Shown: positions 1-8,722 of the stretch, piece after piece
Layout: each line of letters starts with the position of its first letter
Numbering within the stretch: the stretch's first letter is position 1
Source: Fidelibacterota bacterium
GTDB taxonomy: Bacteria; Fidelibacterota; Fidelibacteria; Fidelibacterales; DSDE01
Assembly: GCA_046735395.1 (NCBI GenBank)
Contig: JBJKQR010000012.1
Location: 1-64,000, forward strand
Length of the DNA stretch: 64,000 nt
Reading direction: 5' to 3'
The notes under the pieces: model-generated
What the model was told of the DNA's origin: nothing
Seen by the model: only the letters and a program-made list of their open reading frames with translations
Database searches by the model: none
Translations under genes and position numbers: made by a program

Positions 1-294
1 GTCCTTGCAAGTAGAAAATTAGGATCTGCAGAAATCCATAGAATTGACTTAGAGGATGATCAAATCCGAGAAACTCCATTATTAATGATTCATCTCTTAG
101 ACTGCAGATACTTTAAAGATCCAGAAAACACGATATTTCCGCACGGTGCTATTGGTTATGGAATTGCTTTCCCAGGTCAAAAAAGCGGCCGAAGAATGGA
201 AGTACGTGCATCATATAAAGTTAATGTTGTATGGATGCGAGAACAGTATGGTAACGAACTTGAATCAGATGAAGATTTAGGAGATGACTTATGA
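1..294 (+). CDS. C-terminal part of a probable Z1-domain protein (Mza-like defence locus); 5' end lies outside the window
   Basis: Frame is open from base 1 (VLASRKLGS...PLLMIHLLDCR...GYGIAFPG...YKVNVVW) and ends in an acidic tail, as seen in Z1-protein C-termini. Its stop overlaps the DUF4420-like gene (ATGA). Confidence 0.6.
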   Translation, partial: VLASRKLGSAEIHRIDLEDDQIRETPLLMIHLLDCRYFKDPENTIFPHGAIGYGIAFPGQKSGRRMEVRASYKVNVVWMREQYGNELESDEDLGDDL

Positions 295-1133
295 TTAATC
301 CTTGGAATGATATTAAACAACCTGATAAAAATATTAGTGCCCTTCGAATTGATCCAGATCATCCTCTTGACTTATTCTGGGCAAAAGATTACTCTGGGCA
401 CTATTTGTTTGTATTCGAATATTCGTTTTTACTGAATATTACCAAAAAAGATCTTCCCGACTTGGAGGGTATTGATACTGTTACAATACAAGTTGATCAA
501 AATATCTCACGCTTGGTACTTATATTACTTGATAAGGCAAATTGGGAATTGTTCTATGCATTATGTATTGATTTGAAAAACGCTACTTCAGGAGTAAAAG
601 ACCATGAAAAAGGTGTTGCTATTATTCTCCAAAGACTTGCAAGATGGCAGCAGTTTCTTAAGAAAAAATATCCAGGAATATTACCCGAGGAGAAAATAAA
701 AGGTCTATTAGGTGAATTATTATTTATTAAAAATTATCTGTCCGCATCATTTAAAATTGATGATATTATTAACTTCTGGATAGGCCCCGAAGGATCTCCG
801 CAGGATTTTAATATTAATGATTCCTCAGTAGAAATCAAATGTCAGCTTGGCGGCACTAATCCATCAGTAAAAATTTCATCTGCTGAACAGTTAAAATCCC
901 AGCTTTCTGAACTTTTTTTGGTCGTATTTACTTTAGGGAAAACAACTTTAGAAAATCCCAATGGTATTAATTTACCCAAAATTATTGAAAGCATTACTCC
1001 TTTGATTACGACTGAATCCGCGCAATTCAGATTTCAAGATTTATTACTTGAGGTTAGGGGAATTGTTTTCAGGCCCTGGGGGATTGGCATTAGGAGCAAA
1101 ATTAGCAGGTGTGATTACAACAACAAAAGGTGA
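291..1133 (+). pseudogene. PD-(D/E)XK motif protein (DUF4420-like), probably 3'-truncated near 1050-1058
   Basis: GLLGELLF, WIGPEGSPQDF, VEIKC and ISSAEQL motifs. After LLLEV the last ~25 residues are an out-of-frame read-through of the methyltransferase gene. Confidence 0.7.
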
Positions 1134-2241
1134 TACTTTCACAATTAGTCATTTATGGGGTGTTGACCACGATGAAAAAGCGATTCAAACTTACAACGCT
1201 AATGGATTAGGTGAAGGTGTAATAGCTGATGCACTTGACTTTGTTAATGGAACCTCAAAAAATGGAGAAAAAACCATTAATGACTTTCCCAAAATAGATG
1301 CATTAGCATTTGGATTTCCATGTAATGATTTTAGTCTTGTGGGTGAGCAAAAAGGGTTACAGGGTAAATACGGTAATCTTTATAAAGCAGGCATAATTGC
1401 GATTAATCATTCAAACCCAAAATGGTTTATTGCTGAAAATGTCAGCGGAATACATTCTGCAAATTCTGGTCAAGCATTTAAAAAAATATTGAATGAATTA
1501 AGTAATTCTGGAAAATACGGCGGCTATAATCTTACGGTTAATCTATACAAATTCGAAGAATATGGAGTACCTCAGTACAGACATAGGTACATAATTGTTG
1601 GAATTAGAAATGATTTAAATCTGACTTTTAAAGTTCCAACACCGATTTGTGATGCAGACAATTACTTTACTGCCGAAATGGCTCTTCAAAATATTCCCGA
1701 TATTAATAATGAGAAGCCCTCTCAGACAAAAACAGTTCAGGAAAGACTGCTATTTACATTACCAGGGAAAAATGCTTGGCACTTAGATAAACTATTAGAA
1801 ATGGACAATAAATCTCGCAGAATTGAATTATCAACTGTCGACTGGTACGATGATAAAATTTTCATACTATCAGATGAAGAAATTAAGCAACGAATCGAAA
1901 AATCAAGACTGAATTGTAAAAAAGGTAGAATGAGCCACATCTATAAAAGATTAACTAAAAATAAACCTTCTTATACAATAACAGGCAGCGGCGGCGGCGG
2001 TACACACGTTTATCATTGGGAAGAATGTCGGGCTCTTACCAATAGAGAAAGAGCGAGATTACAAAGCTTTCCTGATGATTTCCTTTTTGTTGGTACTAAA
2101 GAGCAGGTACGAAAACAAATCGGTATGGCTGTTCCCCCTATTGGTTCTAAAATCATTTTCCAATCGATATTAAAAATGCTTGCAGGTATTCCTTATGATC
2201 ACGTTGAAGAAAGTCATCCTTTTACGGAAGAATTATTTTAA
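1048..2241 (+). CDS. DNA (cytosine-5)-methyltransferase; native start/RBS possibly lost
   Basis: Motif I ELFSGPGG, IV GFPCNDFS, VI ENV, VIII QYRHRYIIVG, IX RERARLQSFPD, X QIGMAVP. TTG start with no evident SD. Confidence 0.92.
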   Translation: MRLGELFSGPGGLALGAKLAGVITTTKGDTFTISHLWGVDHDEKAIQTYNANGLGEGVIADALDFVNGTSKNGEKTINDFPKIDALAFGFPCNDFSLVGEQKGLQGKYGNLYKAGIIAINHSNPKWFIAENVSGIHSANSGQAFKKILNELSNSGKYGGYNLTVNLYKFEEYGVPQYRHRYIIVGIRNDLNLTFKVPTPICDADNYFTAEMALQNIPDINNEKPSQTKTVQERLLFTLPGKNAWHLDKLLEMDNKSRRIELSTVDWYDDKIFILSDEEIKQRIEKSRLNCKKGRMSHIYKRLTKNKPSYTITGSGGGGTHVYHWEECRALTNRERARLQSFPDDFLFVGTKEQVRKQIGMAVPPIGSKIIFQSILKMLAGIPYDHVEESHPFTEELF

Positions 2242-2271
2242 AAAGTGAATTAAAACATATGTGGAGATTAA

Positions 2272-2345
2272 ATGAGACCACCTAAATGGGTACCAGATGA
2301 ATTGATTTTAGCTTTAGATTTATATTTCAGAGAACCAACCATTAA
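2272..2345 (+). pseudogene. N-terminal stub of an HNH/McrA-like restriction nuclease
   Basis: GGAG SD, then MRPPKWVPDELILALDLYF, a typical N-terminus (W-x-x-DELILALDLY) of HNH restriction proteins. The similarity ends after ~25 codons. Confidence 0.55.
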
Positions 2346-2391
2346 CTTTATGAATTATAATGAGATGACCAGAATAAAAACAGGAGTGAAA

Positions 2392-3696
2392 ATGAGAAGA
2401 CTATTATTTTACGTACTAAGCCTGCTGGCCGCATTTTCTTCATTAGAGGCCCAGTTCGGGCTGCAGATTTTTGACACGATGATCCCGACTCAGAATATCA
2501 GCTCGGCTTTGAATCCTCAGGCCAATTATTGGGACCCGACACTGCTTTTGAATGAAAAAGGATTCTTTATTAGTTCCGAGGCGGGGAGGTGGCTGAGGTA
2601 TTTTGATCAAATGCCCTACCTGATGAACAGCGTCGGATATAAAATAAACACTCAGTCGGCGATGGCCTTTCAATGGAATTATGCACATTTATCTGAAGAT
2701 ATCAGGACTGACGAACAGGGCCAATCCCTGGGAACATTCACGTCCTATACCACAACGGCGTCCCTCATGTACGCGGGAAAAATAAATAATAATAACAGCA
2801 TAAGTGTCTCGGCCAAGTGGGTTTATGAGCTACTTGCACCTTTGGGGACAATTCAGGAAAAAGGCAGAGCAGAGCTGCAATCGCTCTGCGTGGACCTGGG
2901 TTACGAAAAAACGCTCACCCTGCTTCCCCTGTCTCTCGGCGTCCATCTGAGAAATATCGGGCCTGCGGTTTATTTTGGGCCTCTTCCCATGCACCTGCGG
3001 CTGGACGGGACGGGCACATTGTATACGGATCGGTTCATCAGGGTCGATGTGATCGGTCGGGTCAGTAAGGATCTGGTCGCGAGCTGGCCCGCCATGGATG
3101 CGAACGGGGATCATTATATTGACGAATCCGAGCAGGCATATACGGATCCCTGGTACAAATCGATTTTTACGTCCTGGTACGATAATGCCATTTACAAGGG
3201 GGATATTGACTACGGTACGGACAACCTGATCGGTGGCTACGACCGGGATGGCAACCCTCAGGGATGGTACGATAAAAACGGCAATGAATTTCAGTACGGT
3301 GATGCCGTGGATCTCTTCGGCTTTGCCTCGGATGGCAGCTATGTGGGCTGGGGTGAATATGACGAGGACGCATATGTGCATTCTGAACCCCGTAAGGACG
3401 TGGGCAGCAAGAACAGCGGTTCATGGTCGGATGAAATCGATCGGATACAATTTGATGTGGGAATGTCTCTTTCGCTCGGAAAATATATCAATCTGCTGCT
3501 GATGTACAATGACGAGTCGACGTATTATTTTTCCAACAGACAACTGACCTCACTCCGCATCGGCCCACGCTGGATAAATTATACTTACAGTGTCGCAAAA
3601 TGGGATACAGGTTATGGTTACTTAAAAAATGTTCCATTTCACTCATTCGGATTGACTGTTGATTCGGAATTGATATCAATGTTCAGAGCAAAATAA
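2392..3696 (+). CDS. PorV-like outer-membrane beta-barrel protein (T9SS-associated family), divergent, with an acidic insertion
   Basis: AGGAG SD at ~2382-2386 and ATG at 2392 followed by a signal peptide (MRRLLFYVLSLLAAFSSLEAQ). RTDEQGQSLGTF, AKWVYELLAP..EKG, VDLG and LGVHLRNIGP segments resemble PorV. Confidence 0.6.
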   Translation: MRRLLFYVLSLLAAFSSLEAQFGLQIFDTMIPTQNISSALNPQANYWDPTLLLNEKGFFISSEAGRWLRYFDQMPYLMNSVGYKINTQSAMAFQWNYAHLSEDIRTDEQGQSLGTFTSYTTTASLMYAGKINNNNSISVSAKWVYELLAPLGTIQEKGRAELQSLCVDLGYEKTLTLLPLSLGVHLRNIGPAVYFGPLPMHLRLDGTGTLYTDRFIRVDVIGRVSKDLVASWPAMDANGDHYIDESEQAYTDPWYKSIFTSWYDNAIYKGDIDYGTDNLIGGYDRDGNPQGWYDKNGNEFQYGDAVDLFGFASDGSYVGWGEYDEDAYVHSEPRKDVGSKNSGSWSDEIDRIQFDVGMSLSLGKYINLLLMYNDESTYYFSNRQLTSLRIGPRWINYTYSVAKWDTGYGYLKNVPFHSFGLTVDSELISMFRAK

Positions 3697-3781
3697 ATCA
3701 ATTTGGTGGATTTCGGCGGATTTTTCCGCGGATCTGAATGCATTCCACTGCCTGCAGGCCGGATGAAACAGCCGCTAAGCC

Positions 3782-3958
3782 GTTGGCGCGTTTGCGGGTT
3801 CGAGGGTTGACGAGTAGACGGGTAGACGGGGAAGATCGAATTGAATTTGGAATGATTACTTCTGAATGTTGATTGAAACAGCCATTGTGGGACGGCTGGC
3901 TGGTTGGTAAGGAAGAAACGGAACATGTAGAGCGGTAGAGTAGTAAAGTGGTAGAGTC
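3782..3958. repeat. Two degenerate 8-bp periodic repeat tracts
   Basis: 3782-3829: GTTGGCGC GTTTGCGG GTTCGAGG GTTGACGA GTAGACGG GTAGACGG. 3927-3958: GTAGAGCG GTAGAGTA GTAAAGTG GTAGAGTC. Confidence 0.7.
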
Positions 3959-4019
3959 GGGAATAAACGAGAAACTGTCCTGCTATGAAATATCGCAGCA
4001 CCCTCCTGATATTTTCTTC

Positions 4020-4060
4020 CCTGCCGCGTCGTAGCGGAGCGAAGCGAAACGAAGACGGGC
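4020..4060. repeat. REP-like imperfect palindrome
   Basis: CCTGCCGCGTCGTAGCGGAGCGAAGCGAAACGAAGACGGG, with CGTC...GACG arms around GCGAAGC-type repeats. Confidence 0.4.
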
Positions 4061-4129
4061 CTGCCGCCTGTCTCCTGACGCCTGCCACATGGCTATTGGT
4101 GCCTTAGGCCTGATTGGCTATTAAAAGTA

Positions 4130-4158
4130 TTGAATCTTCACTATATATATGATACTTT
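4130..4158 (+). promoter_or_regulatory. sigma70-type promoter for the endonuclease gene
   Basis: TTGAAT-17 nt-TACTTT with an extended TG. Confidence 0.5.
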
Positions 4159-4194
4159 ACGCGCCAGATAGAAGCAGAATACGAAGGACAAACC

Positions 4195-5247
4195 GTGAAA
4201 AAATTAGTTGTATTTCTCATTCCGATATTGCTGTGGGGCCAGATTCCTGCGAGTTATTACCAGGTTGCCGAGGGAAAATCGGGCGATGAACTCAAGACGG
4301 CACTATACAATATCATCAAGGGACAGACCGAATATCCCTACACCGCAAGTTCGACGGATGTATGGGATATGCTGAAGGAAACGGACAGGGATCCGAATAA
4401 TCCGGATAATGTCATTCTCCTGTACTCCGGCCGTTCCGTCAATGCCGCCCAGGAATACAACAGCGGAAGCGGCTGGACGCGCGAACATGTCTGGGCGAAG
4501 TCGCGGGGGGATTTCGGAACGGATATGGGCCCCGGGACGGATGCACACCATCTCCGGCCGGTTGATAATTCGGTCAACAGTACCCGGAATAACCGCTGGT
4601 TTGACGAATGCGATGTACCTGTCTATGATGATGGCGTGTTCACCGGGTCCTATAAAAGTGCAACGGGCTGGCTATGGAAACCGAGAGTGGAAGTGATCGG
4701 TGACGTGGCCCGGATGATGTTTTACATGGCCACCCGCTACGAAGGGGAAAACGGAGAGCCGGATCTGGAACTCGTTGATTATATTCCTGCCGATCAGAAT
4801 ACGAAGGAACCCATTCACGCGAAGCTTTCCACGCTGCTGGCCTGGAACCTGCAGGATCCGGTGGATGATTTCGAACAGAACCGGAATAACGTCATATATA
4901 GATTTCAGGGCAACCGGAACCCCTTCATTGATCATCCCGAATATGTGGCCCGTATCTGGGGTGGAGAGACTACCGCGACAGAGTACGTCATTCCGCAGGA
5001 TTTTGAAGTGGGGCAGGCCTATCCCAATCCCTTTAATTCCCGGGTCACCCTTCCTGTGACAGCGGAAAATTCGACGCAGATCCGTGTGTCGCTGCTGTCG
5101 GTGACCGGACGCAGCCTTACCACCCGGAATTTTACCGGATCTCAGGATCTGAGTCTCGACCTGTCCGGACAGAGCTCCGGTGTCTATTTCATCCGGACCA
5201 GCTCCGGGCTTCAGTCGTCTACACAGCGGATTGTACTGCTTAAATAA
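4195..5247 (+). CDS. Secreted endonuclease I family nuclease with T9SS type A C-terminal sorting domain
   Basis: Signal peptide; REHVWAKS, DAHHLRP, NSTRNN, GDVARMMFYM and QGNRNPFIDHP motifs; C-terminal YPNPFN...SGVYFIR...IVLLK. Confidence 0.88.
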   Translation: MKKLVVFLIPILLWGQIPASYYQVAEGKSGDELKTALYNIIKGQTEYPYTASSTDVWDMLKETDRDPNNPDNVILLYSGRSVNAAQEYNSGSGWTREHVWAKSRGDFGTDMGPGTDAHHLRPVDNSVNSTRNNRWFDECDVPVYDDGVFTGSYKSATGWLWKPRVEVIGDVARMMFYMATRYEGENGEPDLELVDYIPADQNTKEPIHAKLSTLLAWNLQDPVDDFEQNRNNVIYRFQGNRNPFIDHPEYVARIWGGETTATEYVIPQDFEVGQAYPNPFNSRVTLPVTAENSTQIRVSLLSVTGRSLTTRNFTGSQDLSLDLSGQSSGVYFIRTSSGLQSSTQRIVLLK

Positions 5248-5399
5248 TATTCCCGGCCCCGGAATCGGGGTGAAAAAAACTATGGTGTCCCGCATTTGCG
5301 CAGGCCTGAATCAGATCCGGGTGAATTCCCCCTGTTAATATTCTGGATTTCAGGTTGGGGCTTGACTAAATTCGCAGCGTTAAAAAGAGGAGAATCGTT

Positions 5400-7451
5400 T
5401 TGAAAACTGCAAGACTTTGGACGATTGTGAGCCTGGCTGTCGTGGCCCTTGCGCTCAGTTACTGTACACTTGCCGGTGTAAAAACGGCCAAGAGCCCGGC
5501 TGCCCTGGCCCTTGATAATATTGACAGTTCGGTAAAACCCGGAAATGATTTTTTCCGCTATACGAACGGGAAATGGCTGGACCGGACTGAAATTCCGTCT
5601 ACCTACACGAGTTACGGTGTTTTCACCGAATTGTACGAACAGAATGTCATCCGGGTGAAGGCGCTGCTGGACAGCCTGGCTGCCCTGAAGACAGCGGAAG
5701 CCGGATCGGTTACCCGCAAGATCTCGGATTTCATGGCAGTCGGCCTGGATTCGGCAAAGGCCGAGGAATTGGGCACCGGACCGCTGGCGGAGTATCAGTC
5801 CCGCATCAAAGCTATCAGCACCGCGGGTGATCTGATGGAATGTGTCTTTTTCCTCCAGTCCCGTGGCTATGACCCCATGTTCGATTACGGCAGCGAATCG
5901 GATCCCGATGATGCCAATATGGTCATCCTTCACTTCGTTCAGGGCGGACTGGGTCTGCCGGATCAGGATTATTATCTCAATCCCGGTGAGCATTTCCGAG
6001 CCATCCGGGACGAGTACGTGAAGCACATCGCCGCCATGCTTGTCTTCGCCGGATATGACGCCGCCGCCGCAAAGGATGCTGCCGGACGTATCATGGCCCT
6101 GGAAACCGGCCTGGCGCGTATCTCCATGCCCATCGTTGATCGTCATGATCCGATCAAGACCCGAAATCTGACCGATCTGAAGGGACTGAAATCATCTTAC
6201 ACTCATATTCCCTGGGATGTCCTGATGAAGGATGCCGGCATCAGCTACACGCAGCGTATCAACGTGCAGCAGCCCGGATTTTACACCGGCCTGGACAGCA
6301 TGCTCGCCGCGGTGAACCTGAATGACTGGAAGGATTACCTGCAGTGGAACCTCATCAACCGCAGCGCCGATTTCCTGAATAACGCCGTGGTTATGGAGGA
6401 TTTCAACTTCTATTCCAAATTCCTCTCCGGCCAGCAGCAGATCCGTCCCCGCTGGAAGCGCGTGCAGAGCATGACGAACCGGGTTCTGGGTGAGGCCGTG
6501 GGCCAGCTCTATGTGGCAAAATATTTTCCCCCGGCGGCCAAAGAACGGATGACGGTTCTGGTTGAAAATCTTCGCACCGCGCTGGGAAAACGCATCGATG
6601 CTCTGGACTGGATGAGCGATGCAACGAAAAAGGAAGCCCGCAAGAAACTGGCCACCATCAACGTGAAGATCGGTTATCCTGAAGTCTGGCGCGATTATAC
6701 CGGACTTGATGTGAAAACCAATTCCTATTTCGAGAATATGACCCTGGCCCGTATCTTCCAGATCCGTTTTGATCTGGACAAGATCGGCAAACCGGTGGAT
6801 CGTAGTGAATGGGGCATGACACCGCAGACGGTCAATGCCTACTATTCTCCCAATATGAACGAAATTGTTTTTCCCGCAGCCATTCTGCAGCCGCCCTTCT
6901 TCAACATGGACGCGGATGATGCCGTCAATTACGGCGCCATCGGTGTGGTGATCGGCCACGAGATCTCGCATGGATTCGATGACAGCGGACGGCAGTACGA
7001 CGCTCAGGGCAATGTGCGTGACTGGTGGACGGCCGAGGACAATGAAAAATTCACGGCCAGGGCCCAGGTGCTCATCGACCAGTTCAGTGCATATACCGTT
7101 CTGGATTCCTTCCATGTCAACGGCAAGCTGACACTGGGCGAAAATATCGGCGATCTGGGCGGACTGCTCATCTCCTATGATGCCCTGAATGCCGCCGATG
7201 CCGGAACTCCCGATCCCATGATCGACGGACTCACCCGGACTCAGCGTTTTCTCCTGTCCTACGCCGGTATCTGGAAGATCAAATTCCGCGACCAGGCCCT
7301 CATCCGCCGCGTCCGGGAAGATCCCCATTCACCGGGCATGTTCCGCGTCAATGGCGCCCTGCGGAATTTCGCACCCTTTTATTCGGCATTTGATGTGACG
7401 CCGGATGACAGCCTCTACATTGCACCGGAGCAGCGCGCCCATATCTGGTGA
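5400..7451 (+). CDS. pepO: M13 family metallo-endopeptidase (PepO/neprilysin-like)
   Basis: GAGGAG SD plus TTG start; VNAYY, HEISH zinc motif, GENIGDLGG, DPHSP...RVNG. Confidence 0.93.
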   Translation: MKTARLWTIVSLAVVALALSYCTLAGVKTAKSPAALALDNIDSSVKPGNDFFRYTNGKWLDRTEIPSTYTSYGVFTELYEQNVIRVKALLDSLAALKTAEAGSVTRKISDFMAVGLDSAKAEELGTGPLAEYQSRIKAISTAGDLMECVFFLQSRGYDPMFDYGSESDPDDANMVILHFVQGGLGLPDQDYYLNPGEHFRAIRDEYVKHIAAMLVFAGYDAAAAKDAAGRIMALETGLARISMPIVDRHDPIKTRNLTDLKGLKSSYTHIPWDVLMKDAGISYTQRINVQQPGFYTGLDSMLAAVNLNDWKDYLQWNLINRSADFLNNAVVMEDFNFYSKFLSGQQQIRPRWKRVQSMTNRVLGEAVGQLYVAKYFPPAAKERMTVLVENLRTALGKRIDALDWMSDATKKEARKKLATINVKIGYPEVWRDYTGLDVKTNSYFENMTLARIFQIRFDLDKIGKPVDRSEWGMTPQTVNAYYSPNMNEIVFPAAILQPPFFNMDADDAVNYGAIGVVIGHEISHGFDDSGRQYDAQGNVRDWWTAEDNEKFTARAQVLIDQFSAYTVLDSFHVNGKLTLGENIGDLGGLLISYDALNAADAGTPDPMIDGLTRTQRFLLSYAGIWKIKFRDQALIRRVREDPHSPGMFRVNGALRNFAPFYSAFDVTPDDSLYIAPEQRAHIW

Positions 7452-7479
7452 CGTCCCGGCTGATTCTATATTAAATATG

Positions 7480-7515
7480 AAGAGAGGAAAACCCTGTGTT
7501 TCCTCTCTTTTTTTT
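7480..7515 (+). terminator. Intrinsic terminator
   Basis: AAGAGAGGAAA-loop-TTTCCTCTCTT stem followed by a T run, downstream of the M13 peptidase. Confidence 0.8.
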
Positions 7516-7573
7516 ACCACGAAATTTTCAGAAATATGACCGGGATTTGCTCAGGATAAAGCGGCTGCCGAGC

Positions 7574-7602
7574 TTGACATTCTGGGTGAATAGGCATAAA
7601 TT
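7574..7602 (+). promoter_or_regulatory. sigma70-type promoter of the nrnA-ispH-pdxST-dxs operon
   Basis: TTGACA-17 nt-TAAATT. Confidence 0.7.
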
Positions 7603-7696
7603 TATTCCTTTTCCTGATACTGCCTTTTCGCGCTGTATCCGTCAGACAGGAAAAGGGTGGTAACACAGAGCGGAGCACATGCACAGAAGGGCTGAA

Positions 7697-8722
7697 ATGA
7701 CCGAACAGAATTTTGAAAGCGCCTGCCGCGAACTGCAGACGCGCGTCGATATGGCCTCCATCATCCTGCTCACGACACATATGAGCCCGGACGGCGATGC
7801 CCTGGGTTCGGAGCTGGCTCTGTACCGCTATCTGCGCGGCCTCGGCAAGCAGGCGCATATTCTGAATATTTCCGATACGCCGGACGTCTATCGCTTTATG
7901 GATCCGGACTCCAGCATTCAGCGCTGGACGCCTGAAACCCATTCTTTCCTCATCCAGTCCGCAGATCTGCTCATCTGTCTCGACATCGGAGATATCAAGC
8001 GCAGCGGCGACATCGCCGATCAGGTTTCACGCCGCAGTCTGGCCACCATCAATATTGACCATCATCCCGATAATTCGGACTTTCCCTTTATCCAGTCCAT
8101 TGTGGATACGGGCGCCTGCTCCACAGGCGCTATTCTCTACCGTTTCATGAAGACGGTTGCCCCGGCTGCCCTGACCCGTGATATCGCTGAAGCCCTGTAT
8201 ATCGCCATCATGACCGACACGGGAAATTTCAGATATACGAATACGAGCCCCGAAACCCACCGGATTGCTGCCGAGCTGTTGGCATTCGGCATTGATCCCG
8301 CGGATATGTATCAGCTCGTCTACGAACAGTACTCTTTGCCGCGGATGAAATTGCTGGGTCGGGTTCTCCAATCCCTGAATTTTGTGTCCGGCGGGAAGCT
8401 GGTCTGGTTCGGAATCAGTCAGTCCATGATGGCTGCCTCGGGTGCGGATCAGGAGGATACGGACGGATTTTCCGATATGATGCGGTCGCTGAAGGGTGTG
8501 GAGGTGGCCATGATGCTCAAGGAACGGGATGACGGCTCTACCCGAGTGAATTTCCGTTCTAAGGGGAAAATCGAAATGCAGTCACTGGCGCGGAAGCTGG
8601 GCGGCGGAGGACACCCCTTTGCCTGTGGCGCCACGCTGGACCTGTCCTATGACGATGCACTCGGGAAAATTCCGGATATGGCATGTCAGCATGTTGAAAA
8701 ATTTCAGGAGAAGCGCGATTAA
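7697..8722 (+). CDS. nrnA: DHH/DHHA1 family phosphoesterase (NrnA-like nanoRNase/pAp phosphatase)
   Basis: HMSPDGDALGS, IDHH, TDTGNF and GGGGH motifs. Confidence 0.88.
   Translation: MTEQNFESACRELQTRVDMASIILLTTHMSPDGDALGSELALYRYLRGLGKQAHILNISDTPDVYRFMDPDSSIQRWTPETHSFLIQSADLLICLDIGDIKRSGDIADQVSRRSLATINIDHHPDNSDFPFIQSIVDTGACSTGAILYRFMKTVAPAALTRDIAEALYIAIMTDTGNFRYTNTSPETHRIAAELLAFGIDPADMYQLVYEQYSLPRMKLLGRVLQSLNFVSGGKLVWFGISQSMMAASGADQEDTDGFSDMMRSLKGVEVAMMLKERDDGSTRVNFRSKGKIEMQSLARKLGGGGHPFACGATLDLSYDDALGKIPDMACQHVEKFQEKRD

Noticed and set aside
2272..3696. Single 474-aa protein as in the ORF track
   Set aside because: An internal SD, ATG and signal peptide at 2392 and the unrelated N-terminus indicate a chimera of a stub and a real gene.
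3639..4088. 149-aa minus-strand ORF
   Set aside because: It runs through the repeat tracts (PSTRQPSNPQTRQ) and overlaps the PorV-like gene end. Probably spurious.
5257..5279. Terminator after the endonuclease gene (CCCCG-GAAT-CGGGG)
   Set aside because: The stem is short and followed by an A run rather than a T run on the coding strand, so support is insufficient.
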